This document shows positions 7,212 to 15,404 of a DNA stretch of 17,347 nt, in pieces. The DNA lies in the IMG/VR virus record IMGVR_UViG_3300045988_161160. One strand, 5' to 3'. Source of the DNA: a virus. The notes under the pieces were generated by a model. That model made no database searches. It saw only the letters and a program-made list of their open reading frames with translations, and was not told the origin of the DNA. The position numbers were made by a program, and so were the translations under genes. The first letter of the stretch is position 1. Each line of letters opens with the position of its first letter.

Positions 7212-8987
7212 ATGAAATTATCACAATTCACCTTGTACAAGAATACGAATTTCACCGACATGCAAAATACTTTGCATTTCAACTCAAACAGTGAGCGTGA
7301 TGATTGGTTTACGAGTTATTTTACTGGTAATAATGTTATCAAGTTCACACACCCATTTAATTTCCGTTATGACAGAGGTACTCTAAAAGTGCCAATGGAA
7401 ATGAATTACTTACAAGGCTTTAACTATTGTAAGTTTATCGACGGTTTTGACGGAAAAACCTATTATGCTTTTATCGTTAAAACTAGTTACCTAAATGACA
7501 GAACAACCCAGTTAGACTTGATTATTGATGTTGTTATGACGTTCACACAAGGAAGTGTTATACAAAATCTTCAAAACGTTGAAGTTATCAGACAACACCT
7601 ACCCATGCAAGAACTGATTAACCGTGAGGAGTTCTTACGAAGTAACAACGATACACTACCAACTTCAACGATGAGATTTGTTGACCCTCGCTCATGGGTG
7701 GTTCAGAAAGAGGGCACAACACCTGAAGACTCAGTAGCCGGGGTTGATTTTAATGAAGTCATGTATATTATTCAAAGTGCTGTTGATTTAACGGCTGATT
7801 TTGGTTCTGAGGACAAACCAAAAATGACAACAGCTACAGGTGGAACATATGACAGCATAACATCAGCTGTTAATTTATATTTGGTTGATGGTGATAAACT
7901 TGATAAGCTTTTATCAAAATTGTCTAATTATCCATGGATTACCCAGAACTTTAAAACCATTGTTAAGGTGCCTAAAAGATTCTTAAAATTAGATGAACTC
8001 CTACCAGTTGATGTTAAGGGAATTAACTTATATATGATGACAGCTGGCGCTATGACAAAAGACGTTGTGTTACCATTTAACATCACGAAATCAAAAATTA
8101 AAGAAGCTATTCATCTTAAACAACATGAGAATTATCTTATTCGGGATAATGTGATTAATTTTTATTTAACTGACTATCGTGGTAACCAGCTTAATTTTGA
8201 AACTAATAAAATTACAGATAAGAACGATATTGTAGCCACATGCGTTTTCGGTGCTTTTAATGAGATTGATGTCTACTCACTTCAATATGGGCAACGTAGT
8301 GAGACTAAAAAACTTCATGGTTATTATCGTGACAACCAAATGAGTATTACTACATTCGATAATGTCCCTGTAATGATTGATAACTACAAACTTAACAAAG
8401 CTAACTCAGCTTATTCCCGTCAACTTGAAAATTCAAGAACTTTAAGTGGTCGTATTGAAGCTATAACAAACCCTAATAGTTCTGTAAAAGACAGACTATT
8501 TAACGCTGTTTCAGTCTATTCAAATGTTTTCTCTGGGGGTCTAGCTAGTGCGCCTGCTAAGGGAGCTGGATTGTTTGCTGATGAATATGAATACTTCAGA
8601 AATCAGAAAGCTCAAATGAACCAATGGAAAATATCACCACCAACAATTTCTGAAGGCTCTTATTCAAACACACCGCTTTCTAAAAAAGGTGATTGGGGTA
8701 TCTGGTTAAAAGTTTCAAAGATCAGTTATGAAGAATTAGACTCACTAAGACGTTATTACGGAAATTTTGGACATGAAGCCATGCCAAACGACAATCAAAT
8801 TTTCAACGTCAATTCCATGAGTAAAGCCAATTGGGTACAATTTAAAGGAAATTACTGGATTGACGACATTGACCGTGAACTATTTGACCAGCTGAAAACA
8901 CTGTTTGAGGGTGGTGTACGTTTGTGGCACAACTATAACGACCTATCTTCACGAAGTGAAATGGCTGATAATAATGTGATTAATTAA
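7212..8987 (+). CDS. Tail knob / distal tube protein, phi29 gp9-like, 591 aa
   Basis: SD AGAAAGGAG then ATG 7212. The track's GTG at 7167 lies inside the terminator and is rejected. Recalled gp9 N-terminal block ...WFTS... / ...KWFYAFVTELEF...FEIDVLQTWMF parallels DDWFTSYF / KTYYAFIVKTSY...LIIDVVMTFTQG here. Size is near gp9 (599 aa). Confidence 0.55.
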   Translation: MKLSQFTLYKNTNFTDMQNTLHFNSNSERDDWFTSYFTGNNVIKFTHPFNFRYDRGTLKVPMEMNYLQGFNYCKFIDGFDGKTYYAFIVKTSYLNDRTTQLDLIIDVVMTFTQGSVIQNLQNVEVIRQHLPMQELINREEFLRSNNDTLPTSTMRFVDPRSWVVQKEGTTPEDSVAGVDFNEVMYIIQSAVDLTADFGSEDKPKMTTATGGTYDSITSAVNLYLVDGDKLDKLLSKLSNYPWITQNFKTIVKVPKRFLKLDELLPVDVKGINLYMMTAGAMTKDVVLPFNITKSKIKEAIHLKQHENYLIRDNVINFYLTDYRGNQLNFETNKITDKNDIVATCVFGAFNEIDVYSLQYGQRSETKKLHGYYRDNQMSITTFDNVPVMIDNYKLNKANSAYSRQLENSRTLSGRIEAITNPNSSVKDRLFNAVSVYSNVFSGGLASAPAKGAGLFADEYEYFRNQKAQMNQWKISPPTISEGSYSNTPLSKKGDWGIWLKVSKISYEELDSLRRYYGNFGHEAMPNDNQIFNVNSMSKANWVQFKGNYWIDDIDRELFDQLKTLFEGGVRLWHNYNDLSSRSEMADNNVIN

Positions 8988-9000
8988 AAGGAGGAAATAA

Positions 9001-10524
9001 ATGGGAGCAACACAAGAACAAATACAGACAGTTATGAGACAAGAAGTTGGAAACGATTTTGGGATTTCAAGAGACACTATCTATAAAACCTTTCCTAATA
9101 TCCCAACAGGTCGTTTCGCCTATCTGTTAAACGATGAGCGTAGTGCTTTTGATAAAATTTGTGATATTATTGAAAGCGAGGGAGTGTCACCAGCCGTTTG
9201 GGTGGCCTATGAATCATCGGAGGGCTATAACAGTGAGCTAGGGTGGTTAAACCATACTTACTGGCAAGGCGATGTTTATCAAGATGCTAGGGCAGTAGCA
9301 AAATGGCTAAAAACAAGTGTTGGTAGCACACCAGCATGGGATGACCCATATGGTGGTACAGTTGGTGTTGTCCCTCCCGAGGTTATGGAAGCTGGTAATG
9401 CTGAATTTAACAGCTGGCCAGCTGGAACCATTGGAAAAACTTATACGGGGGGTACAGCTGCTGCCGCTTGGGGGATGTGGTATCCTGAAGCACTTTCAGC
9501 TAAGGTCAACGGTGTTCAAGATTATGGTAACCCTCTAGAGCGAATGGCTGATTTGATTTTCAATGTTTGGGGTGGTAAGGTTGATGGAAAACCTGCTGGA
9601 GACCCAGCACCAAAACCAAACACTGAACAACAGGTAGAAATCAAAGAAGATAATTCCGATAAACGTAAAGGTATGCTAGAAGCTCTCAATAAAATGTTTG
9701 CCATGTTAAAAGACATGTTCAACCAAAATGTATATACCGCTTCTGAACAATATATGTTTAATAAAGTCGTTAAGTTAACAAAAAACATGAATTTATGGCG
9801 AGTTCGTTTATCTGATGAAGCGCTTGACGAGGTTAAAAAGACATTAGAAGACGCTATTAATACAGTATTAAAAGACAAAGTGACTGTAACAACAGGTACA
9901 AGTAATGGTGATGTTAAGCCTAACGAAAACACACAAAATACACAAAACAAGCCAACCACTGACCGAATCCAAAAGGCACTTTCTGACATTGCTGGATTTA
10001 TTGGTGGTGGGATGCCTGGAGCTAACTTTGGAAGTGGGGACGGAAACGGAAACGTTGAAAGTCAATGTTATGCCCTTTCAGGTTACTTTGCTGGGTTAGT
10101 TAGTGGTTATACTTGTGCGCTTTGTTATAGTGGTAAATTTCAAACGCTACCTCAAGTCGGTGATGGTTTTAACGCTTACGCTTTGTGGAATGGATGGAAT
10201 TGGAGTGTGGCTGGAGCCCATACGCAAGGCTATCAAGGTATAGCCATGCCCGCAAGAGATTTGAAAGTAGGTATGATTTTCTGTACAGCCGCTTGGCAAA
10301 ATGGTCCTACAGGTTCTATAGATGGCGGTGGTAATGCTTATCTAACAACTTATGGTATTGGTCACACTGGTGTTATCGAAAGTTTCACGGACACAACAGT
10401 TACAACACTTGAACAAAATGCTTATATTTCTGGTGGTTCGATTGCCCCAAGACGTGTGGCAAGAATTACATATCCTAGAGACGCTTTTCTAAACACTGTT
10501 AGCGGTGTTGTTTGGTGGGACTAA
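9001..10524 (+). CDS. PlyCA-like peptidoglycan hydrolase, 507 aa: N-terminal glycosidase-like domain, helical linker, C-terminal CHAP domain
   Basis: CHAP catalytic motifs ...ESQCYALSGYF... (Cys) and ...GIGHTGVIESFTDTTVTTLEQN... (His). The latter closely parallels the recalled PlyCA C-terminus ...GHTGIIESWSDTTVTVLEQN.... The Gly-rich linker and overall three-part architecture match PlyCA. Confidence 0.65.
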   Translation: MGATQEQIQTVMRQEVGNDFGISRDTIYKTFPNIPTGRFAYLLNDERSAFDKICDIIESEGVSPAVWVAYESSEGYNSELGWLNHTYWQGDVYQDARAVAKWLKTSVGSTPAWDDPYGGTVGVVPPEVMEAGNAEFNSWPAGTIGKTYTGGTAAAAWGMWYPEALSAKVNGVQDYGNPLERMADLIFNVWGGKVDGKPAGDPAPKPNTEQQVEIKEDNSDKRKGMLEALNKMFAMLKDMFNQNVYTASEQYMFNKVVKLTKNMNLWRVRLSDEALDEVKKTLEDAINTVLKDKVTVTTGTSNGDVKPNENTQNTQNKPTTDRIQKALSDIAGFIGGGMPGANFGSGDGNGNVESQCYALSGYFAGLVSGYTCALCYSGKFQTLPQVGDGFNAYALWNGWNWSVAGAHTQGYQGIAMPARDLKVGMIFCTAAWQNGPTGSIDGGGNAYLTTYGIGHTGVIESFTDTTVTTLEQNAYISGGSIAPRRVARITYPRDAFLNTVSGVVWWD

Positions 10525-10528
10525 ATTA

Positions 10529-10565
10529 AAGACCTCTTTAAAGGGGTCTTTTTTTATGGTATAAT
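10529..10565 (+). promoter_or_regulatory. Terminator (AAGACCTC-tttaaa-GGGGTCTT plus T7) followed by an extended -10 TGgTATAAT (10557-10565)
   Basis: 8-bp stem (one G-U) plus T-tract; a TGnTATAAT promoter directly downstream, ahead of the holin gene. Confidence 0.55.
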
Positions 10566-10587
10566 ATTATAAGAAAGGAGAATAAAT

Positions 10588-11022
10588 ATGGAAGAATTAA
10601 TTAAACTTTTCCAAGATGGAGAGCTTCCTCAAATGGCACAATGGTTATTACTACTTAACATTATCGATGTTGTTACTGGCTTTATTAAAGCTGTTGATAC
10701 TAAAACAGTTTCAAGCAAAGTTATGAAACATGGTGCTTTAACAAAATTAGTTATTTGGATTGTGGTTTTCGTTAGTGGAATTGCTTCATCATATTTTAAA
10801 ACAGACTTATCATCTTATGTTATTGGATATTATCTAGTAATGGAAATTATTTCTATTTTAGAGAACGGTAGTGAATTTATACCTATCCCTGAAAAACTAA
10901 AAAATATTTTAAATACAAATAAAGATAATAAGACAACAGAAGATAATACAACAGAAGATAAAAACAAATCATCTGTTAATGATGAAATTTTGAATTATAT
11001 TAAAGAAAAAGGAGAAAAATAA
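10588..11022 (+). CDS. Holin (phage_holin_4-like), 144 aa
   Basis: SD AGAAAGGAG. Predicted transmembrane segments (WLLLLNIIDVVTGFIKA; LVIWIVVFVSGIASSYF; VIGYYLVMEIISIL) and a charged, low-complexity C-terminal tail. The motif IDVVTGF...K..SSK...G..KK resembles the holin_4 family. Confidence 0.6.
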   Translation: MEELIKLFQDGELPQMAQWLLLLNIIDVVTGFIKAVDTKTVSSKVMKHGALTKLVIWIVVFVSGIASSYFKTDLSSYVIGYYLVMEIISILENGSEFIPIPEKLKNILNTNKDNKTTEDNTTEDKNKSSVNDEILNYIKEKGEK

Positions 11023-11231
11023 TGAGTGATATTGTATTTAATGTGGCAGACAAACAGCCTTACGACTGCCTATATTTTGACACCAATTACGGCTACCGTG
11101 CTTGTTTGAATGGAAAACGTTTAGACATTGCGGACATTAAAACTGTTCTGGCTTTAAAAAATCAATTCGGATTGCCTGAATTGAATATCAGTTCAAAAGA
11201 CGTTGGGCGATTTGAAAAATGTATCTATTAA
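11022..11231 (+). CDS. PlyCB-like cell-wall-binding lysin subunit, 69 aa
   Basis: Overlaps the holin stop as TAATG, with SD AAAGGAG. ...YGYRACLNGKRLDIADIKTV...NISSKDVGRFEK parallels recalled PlyCB ...YGYRAFINGVEIGIKDIETV...NISKSDVEAIRK. Recollection only, not a search. Confidence 0.5.
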   Translation: MSDIVFNVADKQPYDCLYFDTNYGYRACLNGKRLDIADIKTVLALKNQFGLPELNISSKDVGRFEKCIY

Positions 11232-11240
11232 CATTAAAGA

Positions 11241-11266
11241 CTAGCTTTAAAAGCTAGCCTTTTTTC
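11241..11266 (+). terminator. Intrinsic terminator between the convergent arms: CTAGCTT-taa-AAGCTAG followed by CCTTTTTT. Overlaps the 3' end of the polymerase gene.
   Basis: Perfect palindrome plus T6. The polymerase stop (11254-11256, minus strand) lies inside the stem. Confidence 0.55.
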
Positions 11267-13566
11267 ATATAATATTTGTATTCTTCTAGTAGCTCATTAA
11301 TAGACTTATGAGCATTACTAACATTAGAATTACTAGTCAAATCATTAATTCCTATTGTACCATAAGGTGTTTCAACGTACAACAATATATGACTATCTTG
11401 TTGTATGATATCATCTCTTACATGTTCTTTGATTTTGTTTAAGGCTTCTTCGACCTCTGTTGTGTATTCTGTTTGATAGCTAACACCTTTTTCAAGCATG
11501 GCTTGTGACTCATAGATTGAAATGGTATTAATCTCGTTTCTTATAGAGCGTGTTGATGGTACCATGACACCGTCAGTAAAAAAGGTTCGTACAAAAAACT
11601 CAAAGTCATCATTACTACGTTTTATCCAATCTTTTATCAAAGCTTTAGAAATACCACCAGCACGAACAACAATACCATCATCATAAAGACAATACTTTTT
11701 ATGATTAAAAGCATAAAATTTTGTAATGTTTTCATGTTCAATATCCCAAGCGCCCAAATTCATCTTGTGAAACATTGATTTAGGAAATTTAGCTAAAGCT
11801 CTCTTATCCATATATAAACTATCGGTATCAGCATACCAGAAATACTCATCAATCTCTGATGGTTGTAAATATTGTAGTGGTGATAAGAGGTTATGAAAAG
11901 CAAACGCTGTTACACCTGCTGAGAAAACGATATTTCTTTCTTTATTTGTAAAACCGTCTTTAATATTGACAAACTCATTACCTTGACGTTTAAAATAATC
12001 AAAATGAATTCTAAGCGCCGGAACTCCGTAAATACCATTAAGCAGAACTTTAGAACCCTGAACCATTTCTTCAGAGAAATTGTATTTATCTGGTTTAGGT
12101 GTGTTTGTCATTTTTATATTTAAAGGGTCTATTGTGTCCATTTCACAATCAAGTTTGTTTTTCATTTTTCCTTGTGTTTTTATGAAATAGTTACGAGCTA
12201 TGACATCACGTGCCCCGAAATATTCAGTTTTAAAAACAGCAAAGTTTTCACACACCAGTGATGTGAATTCATGTTTTGTAATTTTTTCTAGTAATCTTAA
12301 AAATACAGTGTTAAAATAGACAAGACCATTTTTAGAATTGTAATATTTAACAATAGCACTTCGAATAACTATTGATTTTACATGTGATAAAATTTGTTCG
12401 TTAGCGTTTTTAATGGTCATTGTGAAAAATGTAAATACATCATCGTTTTTATAATCAAATGACTGAGTAGAACGTTTTCCATTAAAAGCTATTAAAAACG
12501 TTGGTAATTTTTCTTTATACATGACTGTTGGGTATGAGCTGTTTAAGTCAATTGAAAAGCCATCACTGTTTATAATTTTTCCTACATAAGCATCATTGTA
12601 TAAGTTTAATCCTCCTTTATAATAAGACCTAAAATAATCAAATCCGGTCATTCCACAAATATTGTAATCGTTAAGCACTAGATGAGAAAAACGACCATCT
12701 GTTTTTAACAGCTGAAACTCTGCTAATTTGTTATATTGTGAATATTCCTCTTTAATATTTTGAGTGAAAGTCATCTTAGAAAAATCAAAACCATAAAATA
12801 ATTTTTTATAATGTTTAACTCCTAACGCTAATATAATAACGTCATTTCTAATATAGATTAATTGTTGTTCATTAAGACTATCGAAGCAACGCTTAACATA
12901 TGAATTAATGTCATTTTGAGACATGTCATAATCCTTATCAAACGCTTGATAATCAAAATCAGTTTTTAAATACTCTTCAGTTATGAGATGATTATTTAAA
13001 AGCATATTTCCTAGAACTTTAATGCTAGTGTTCATTTTTTTAAAGCTGTCCGTAAAAACAATTTTTCTACCACCGATAAATGCTTTAACGGAAACATTGT
13101 TAGATGATTTAATACGGCTTTCAAAAATACAACCTTTATTTTTAGTGTCGGTGTCTATGTTAGCTATTTTCTTATTATGCTCGTTTGCTTCATTATTTAA
13201 TGATTTGTTATATTCGTTAAATATAGGTAAGTTAAAGTGTTTTGATAACTCTTCAATAGCAAAATGGTTATCAAATTTTTCACCGTTGTGAAAAATCATT
13301 TCAAATTCTAAAGATTTTCTGATTTTCTTTTCTTTAACTTTTTCGAAAAAATCAACAAAATTATTAAACACGGCTACTGATGGAAAGTCATCATCATCTT
13401 TAAAATAGGCGATAGCTAACGAATAGGTATATGAATGGTATTTTGATGGTTTTTCTTTACCAGCTTTTTTATTGACGGTGAGTGTTTCAATGTCACAAAA
13501 AAGCTGAACACTTTTAAAGCCTTTCAGCTTTTTCAAATAACTAAGTAGTTCAGCTTGATTGTTCAT
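11254..13566 (-). CDS. Protein-primed family-B DNA polymerase, 770 aa
   Basis: All motifs read from the translation: Exo I DIET (res ~25); Exo II HNGEKFD (~93); Exo III YIRND (~238); motif A DLNSSYP (~339); motif B KVLLNGIYG (~506); motif C YADTDS (~578); KxY HKKYCLY (~623). The C-terminus is ~70 aa longer than in the phi29 enzyme. Confidence 0.9.
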   Translation of the reverse strand: MNNQAELLSYLKKLKGFKSVQLFCDIETLTVNKKAGKEKPSKYHSYTYSLAIAYFKDDDDFPSVAVFNNFVDFFEKVKEKKIRKSLEFEMIFHNGEKFDNHFAIEELSKHFNLPIFNEYNKSLNNEANEHNKKIANIDTDTKNKGCIFESRIKSSNNVSVKAFIGGRKIVFTDSFKKMNTSIKVLGNMLLNNHLITEEYLKTDFDYQAFDKDYDMSQNDINSYVKRCFDSLNEQQLIYIRNDVIILALGVKHYKKLFYGFDFSKMTFTQNIKEEYSQYNKLAEFQLLKTDGRFSHLVLNDYNICGMTGFDYFRSYYKGGLNLYNDAYVGKIINSDGFSIDLNSSYPTVMYKEKLPTFLIAFNGKRSTQSFDYKNDDVFTFFTMTIKNANEQILSHVKSIVIRSAIVKYYNSKNGLVYFNTVFLRLLEKITKHEFTSLVCENFAVFKTEYFGARDVIARNYFIKTQGKMKNKLDCEMDTIDPLNIKMTNTPKPDKYNFSEEMVQGSKVLLNGIYGVPALRIHFDYFKRQGNEFVNIKDGFTNKERNIVFSAGVTAFAFHNLLSPLQYLQPSEIDEYFWYADTDSLYMDKRALAKFPKSMFHKMNLGAWDIEHENITKFYAFNHKKYCLYDDGIVVRAGGISKALIKDWIKRSNDDFEFFVRTFFTDGVMVPSTRSIRNEINTISIYESQAMLEKGVSYQTEYTTEVEEALNKIKEHVRDDIIQQDSHILLYVETPYGTIGINDLTSNSNVSNAHKSINELLEEYKYYMKKG

Positions 13567-13578
13567 TGTTATAACCTC

Positions 13579-14832
13579 TCATTCATATTTTTTGGCAAGT
13601 TGTTTTAAGAAATTGTCTTTTACAACTTTCTCATAAGTGTCATCAGTAGTATTGATTTTTGATTGTGGTATTAATTTAAACAGATTAATCATCATTAAAT
13701 TAGTGTCACGATTTATAAATGATTTTGAAAAGCTATCTTTGTATTTAAAGAAACCTTTTTCATATTTCTTAATAAAATTCTGCTTATAAAACTTATCGCT
13801 AAGAAATTGACATGTATCTGTTTCATCTTGTAAATTAATACAGTATTGTTCTTCGTTATCAGTCTGCTCTATTGATAAAATCATTATATCATTTTTAGAA
13901 ATAAGGCGCAACATTTTATTCTCATTTAGTTTAATTTTAACGCTTTTGGCACCGTTGAAAATCTGATAATACTGATGTTCATTGACAAGAAGATAGTTAC
14001 TAAAGTTAAATTCGCCAGTGACATCAGAATCATTAGGATCAGGGAAAGCACGAGTATTTTTACCCTCGTTACGATTATCATTACGTCTTAGTTCTAATAA
14101 GACGTTTCTGTATTGTTTGATGGTGTTAATTTCTTGTGTCTGTAGATTGTTATAAATGTTAAGTGCTGGAAGAAGTGGACTGTCAAAGTTGACTGGGTTA
14201 GCTAGGTAAATACATTTAGGAATTTTAATGTATGGACGGTTTTTGATACGGTCAATTGATTTAAAGATGGTTCTCATTTTGTCGTATTCGTTTGGAACGT
14301 AATCATCTGTCAACGTTAGAAATTCGTCGTATAATGTTATTCCAAAGTTACGAAGAACAGCAGATGACTGTTTTAAGTCTGAAGCGTTGTTTAAGTCAGT
14401 GATAAGAAAGACATCTTTTTCTTTGATTGTAATAATAATATAGTCTGAATTAGCACGATAAGTATAATCGTTTTTATAGTCACACCAACCTGTAGTTTGA
14501 AGGATTTCCTCTACTAATTCCCGCATTTTATCTTGTAATGTGAAATGACGCACGATGAGACATATACCTGTAAATTGTTCCATCATGGACGAAAGATATG
14601 CTAGACAAGAAATGTAGTTGAATGATTTACCGTCACCACGAGAGGTTATTGACATGTAATGGTCAATATCATGATTTAAGAGTTCATCTAATAGCTCTAG
14701 TTGGTTATATTCTGGCGGAAGATATTTTTTTCGGTATTCATTTAGATAGTAGTTATATTCATCTTCTTCAGATGAGAATAATGAAACTGCTTTTTGTTTT
14801 AGTGTTTTTGGTAATGTTTTCTTTTTAGCCAT
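13579..14832 (-). CDS. DNA encapsidation (packaging) ATPase, phi29 gp16-like, 417 aa
   Basis: Walker A ...SRGDGKSFNY... parallels gp16 GARGIGKSY. Walker B ...ITLYDEFL... parallels IVFDEF. ...IYLANPVNFDSPLLPALNIY... parallels gp16 CLSNAVSVVNPYFLFFNLV. Confidence 0.75.
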   Translation of the reverse strand: MAKKKTLPKTLKQKAVSLFSSEEDEYNYYLNEYRKKYLPPEYNQLELLDELLNHDIDHYMSITSRGDGKSFNYISCLAYLSSMMEQFTGICLIVRHFTLQDKMRELVEEILQTTGWCDYKNDYTYRANSDYIIITIKEKDVFLITDLNNASDLKQSSAVLRNFGITLYDEFLTLTDDYVPNEYDKMRTIFKSIDRIKNRPYIKIPKCIYLANPVNFDSPLLPALNIYNNLQTQEINTIKQYRNVLLELRRNDNRNEGKNTRAFPDPNDSDVTGEFNFSNYLLVNEHQYYQIFNGAKSVKIKLNENKMLRLISKNDIMILSIEQTDNEEQYCINLQDETDTCQFLSDKFYKQNFIKKYEKGFFKYKDSFSKSFINRDTNLMMINLFKLIPQSKINTTDDTYEKVVKDNFLKQLAKKYE

Positions 14833-14839
14833 AAATAAA

Positions 14840-14870
14840 GGGAGGTTTCTACACCTCCCATCACCTCCTT
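14840..14870 (-). promoter_or_regulatory. SD/anti-SD hairpin upstream of the ATPase. The mRNA reads AAGGAGGUGA-UGGGAGGU-guagaa-ACCUCCC-UUUAUUU-AUG: a 7-bp GC stem with U-rich tail, and a duplicated GGAGGUG.
   Basis: Inverted repeat gggaggt / acctccc at 14840-14859. A second cacctcc copy at 14862-14868. No SD lies within 5-13 nt of ATG 14832. Confidence 0.4.
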
Positions 14871-14872
14871 AA

Positions 14873-15289
14873 TTAAAATGGACATTCTTCTTCGATTGGT
14901 TGATAAGCATGTTGATAAAGTGTATCGTTATCGAATTTAATAGCGTTGATACGATAAAATTTATTGTTCATGTTTTCACCCTCTAAAATATTTACTGTTA
15001 GGAATTTACCTTCTTCAAATTTGAAGTTTGGGTCTTCGATTGAAGCAGGAATTTGTTCAACCACTTGTCCGTTTAACCAACATTTAATTTTATCTGTTGC
15101 TTTAAGAATAAAGAATGACTCTCCCTCTTTTGAAGTGTATTCAGTTAATCCAAATGAAATAAGTTTATTTTTTTCATATTCATTTTCAGGTTTGATATAT
15201 ACAGATTTTTTAGGATTTTCCACTTTAAATTGTGAATTTTGTTTGTTTGAAGTAGCAGTAATGTTTACGTTGACGTTGATGTTTTTCAT
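14873..15289 (-). CDS. Hypothetical protein, 138 aa; first gene of the replication operon. SSB-like role possible by position only.
   Basis: SD AGGAG then ATG 15289, downstream of the consensus promoter at 15376-15404. The gene order small protein / ATPase / polymerase matches the recalled order in 44AHJD-like phages. Confidence 0.4.
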   Translation of the reverse strand: MKNINVNVNITATSNKQNSQFKVENPKKSVYIKPENEYEKNKLISFGLTEYTSKEGESFFILKATDKIKCWLNGQVVEQIPASIEDPNFKFEEGKFLTVNILEGENMNNKFYRINAIKFDNDTLYQHAYQPIEEECPF

Positions 15290-15322
15290 GAGATTTTCTC
15301 CTAATGTATTATTGTTATTGTG

Positions 15323-15369
15323 TTAGTACTCCACGGTGTTGCTAACAGTACCTGTACTAATTTTTTTTT
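15323..15369. other. Hairpin TTAGTAC...GTACTAA (alternative TGTTAG/CTAACA) flanked by a T9/A9 run. It is a 5'-UTR stem-loop of the minus-strand transcript, and on the + strand a terminator-like structure.
   Basis: 7-bp inverted repeat 15323-15329 / 15354-15360 and T9 at 15361-15369. Lies between the -10 (15376-15381) and the SD of gene 14873-15289. Confidence 0.4.
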
Positions 15370-15375
15370 AACTTT

Positions 15376-15404
15376 ATTATACCAAGCTTGTTTTAAGCTG
15401 TCAA
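15376..15404 (-). promoter_or_regulatory. Perfect consensus sigma-A promoter on the minus strand: TTGACA (15404..15399)-N17-TATAAT (15381..15376). The spacer contains AAGCTT...AAGCT repeats.
   Basis: Reverse complement of 15371-15410 reads tgcTTGACAgcttaaaacaagcttggTATAATaaag. The -35 overlaps the stop of the 87-aa ORF. Confidence 0.65.

Noticed and set aside
14873-15289. The N-terminus of the 138-aa protein (MKNINVNVNI...) superficially recalls the start of PlyCB
   Set aside because: The match is confined to a short low-complexity INVNV stretch, and the rest does not follow the PlyCB pattern. This is not enough to call homology.
1841-15326. Short ORFs nested within or antisense to large genes (1841-2035, 3298-3504, 5504-5782, 5822-6094, 6167-6352, 6538-6753, 9317-9538, 9522-9989, 9868-10065, 9905-10099, 13022-13291, 14622-14828, 14964-15326)
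   Set aside because: All lie inside well-supported CDSs in other frames or strands. They lack SDs and have low-complexity or hydrophobic junk translations.
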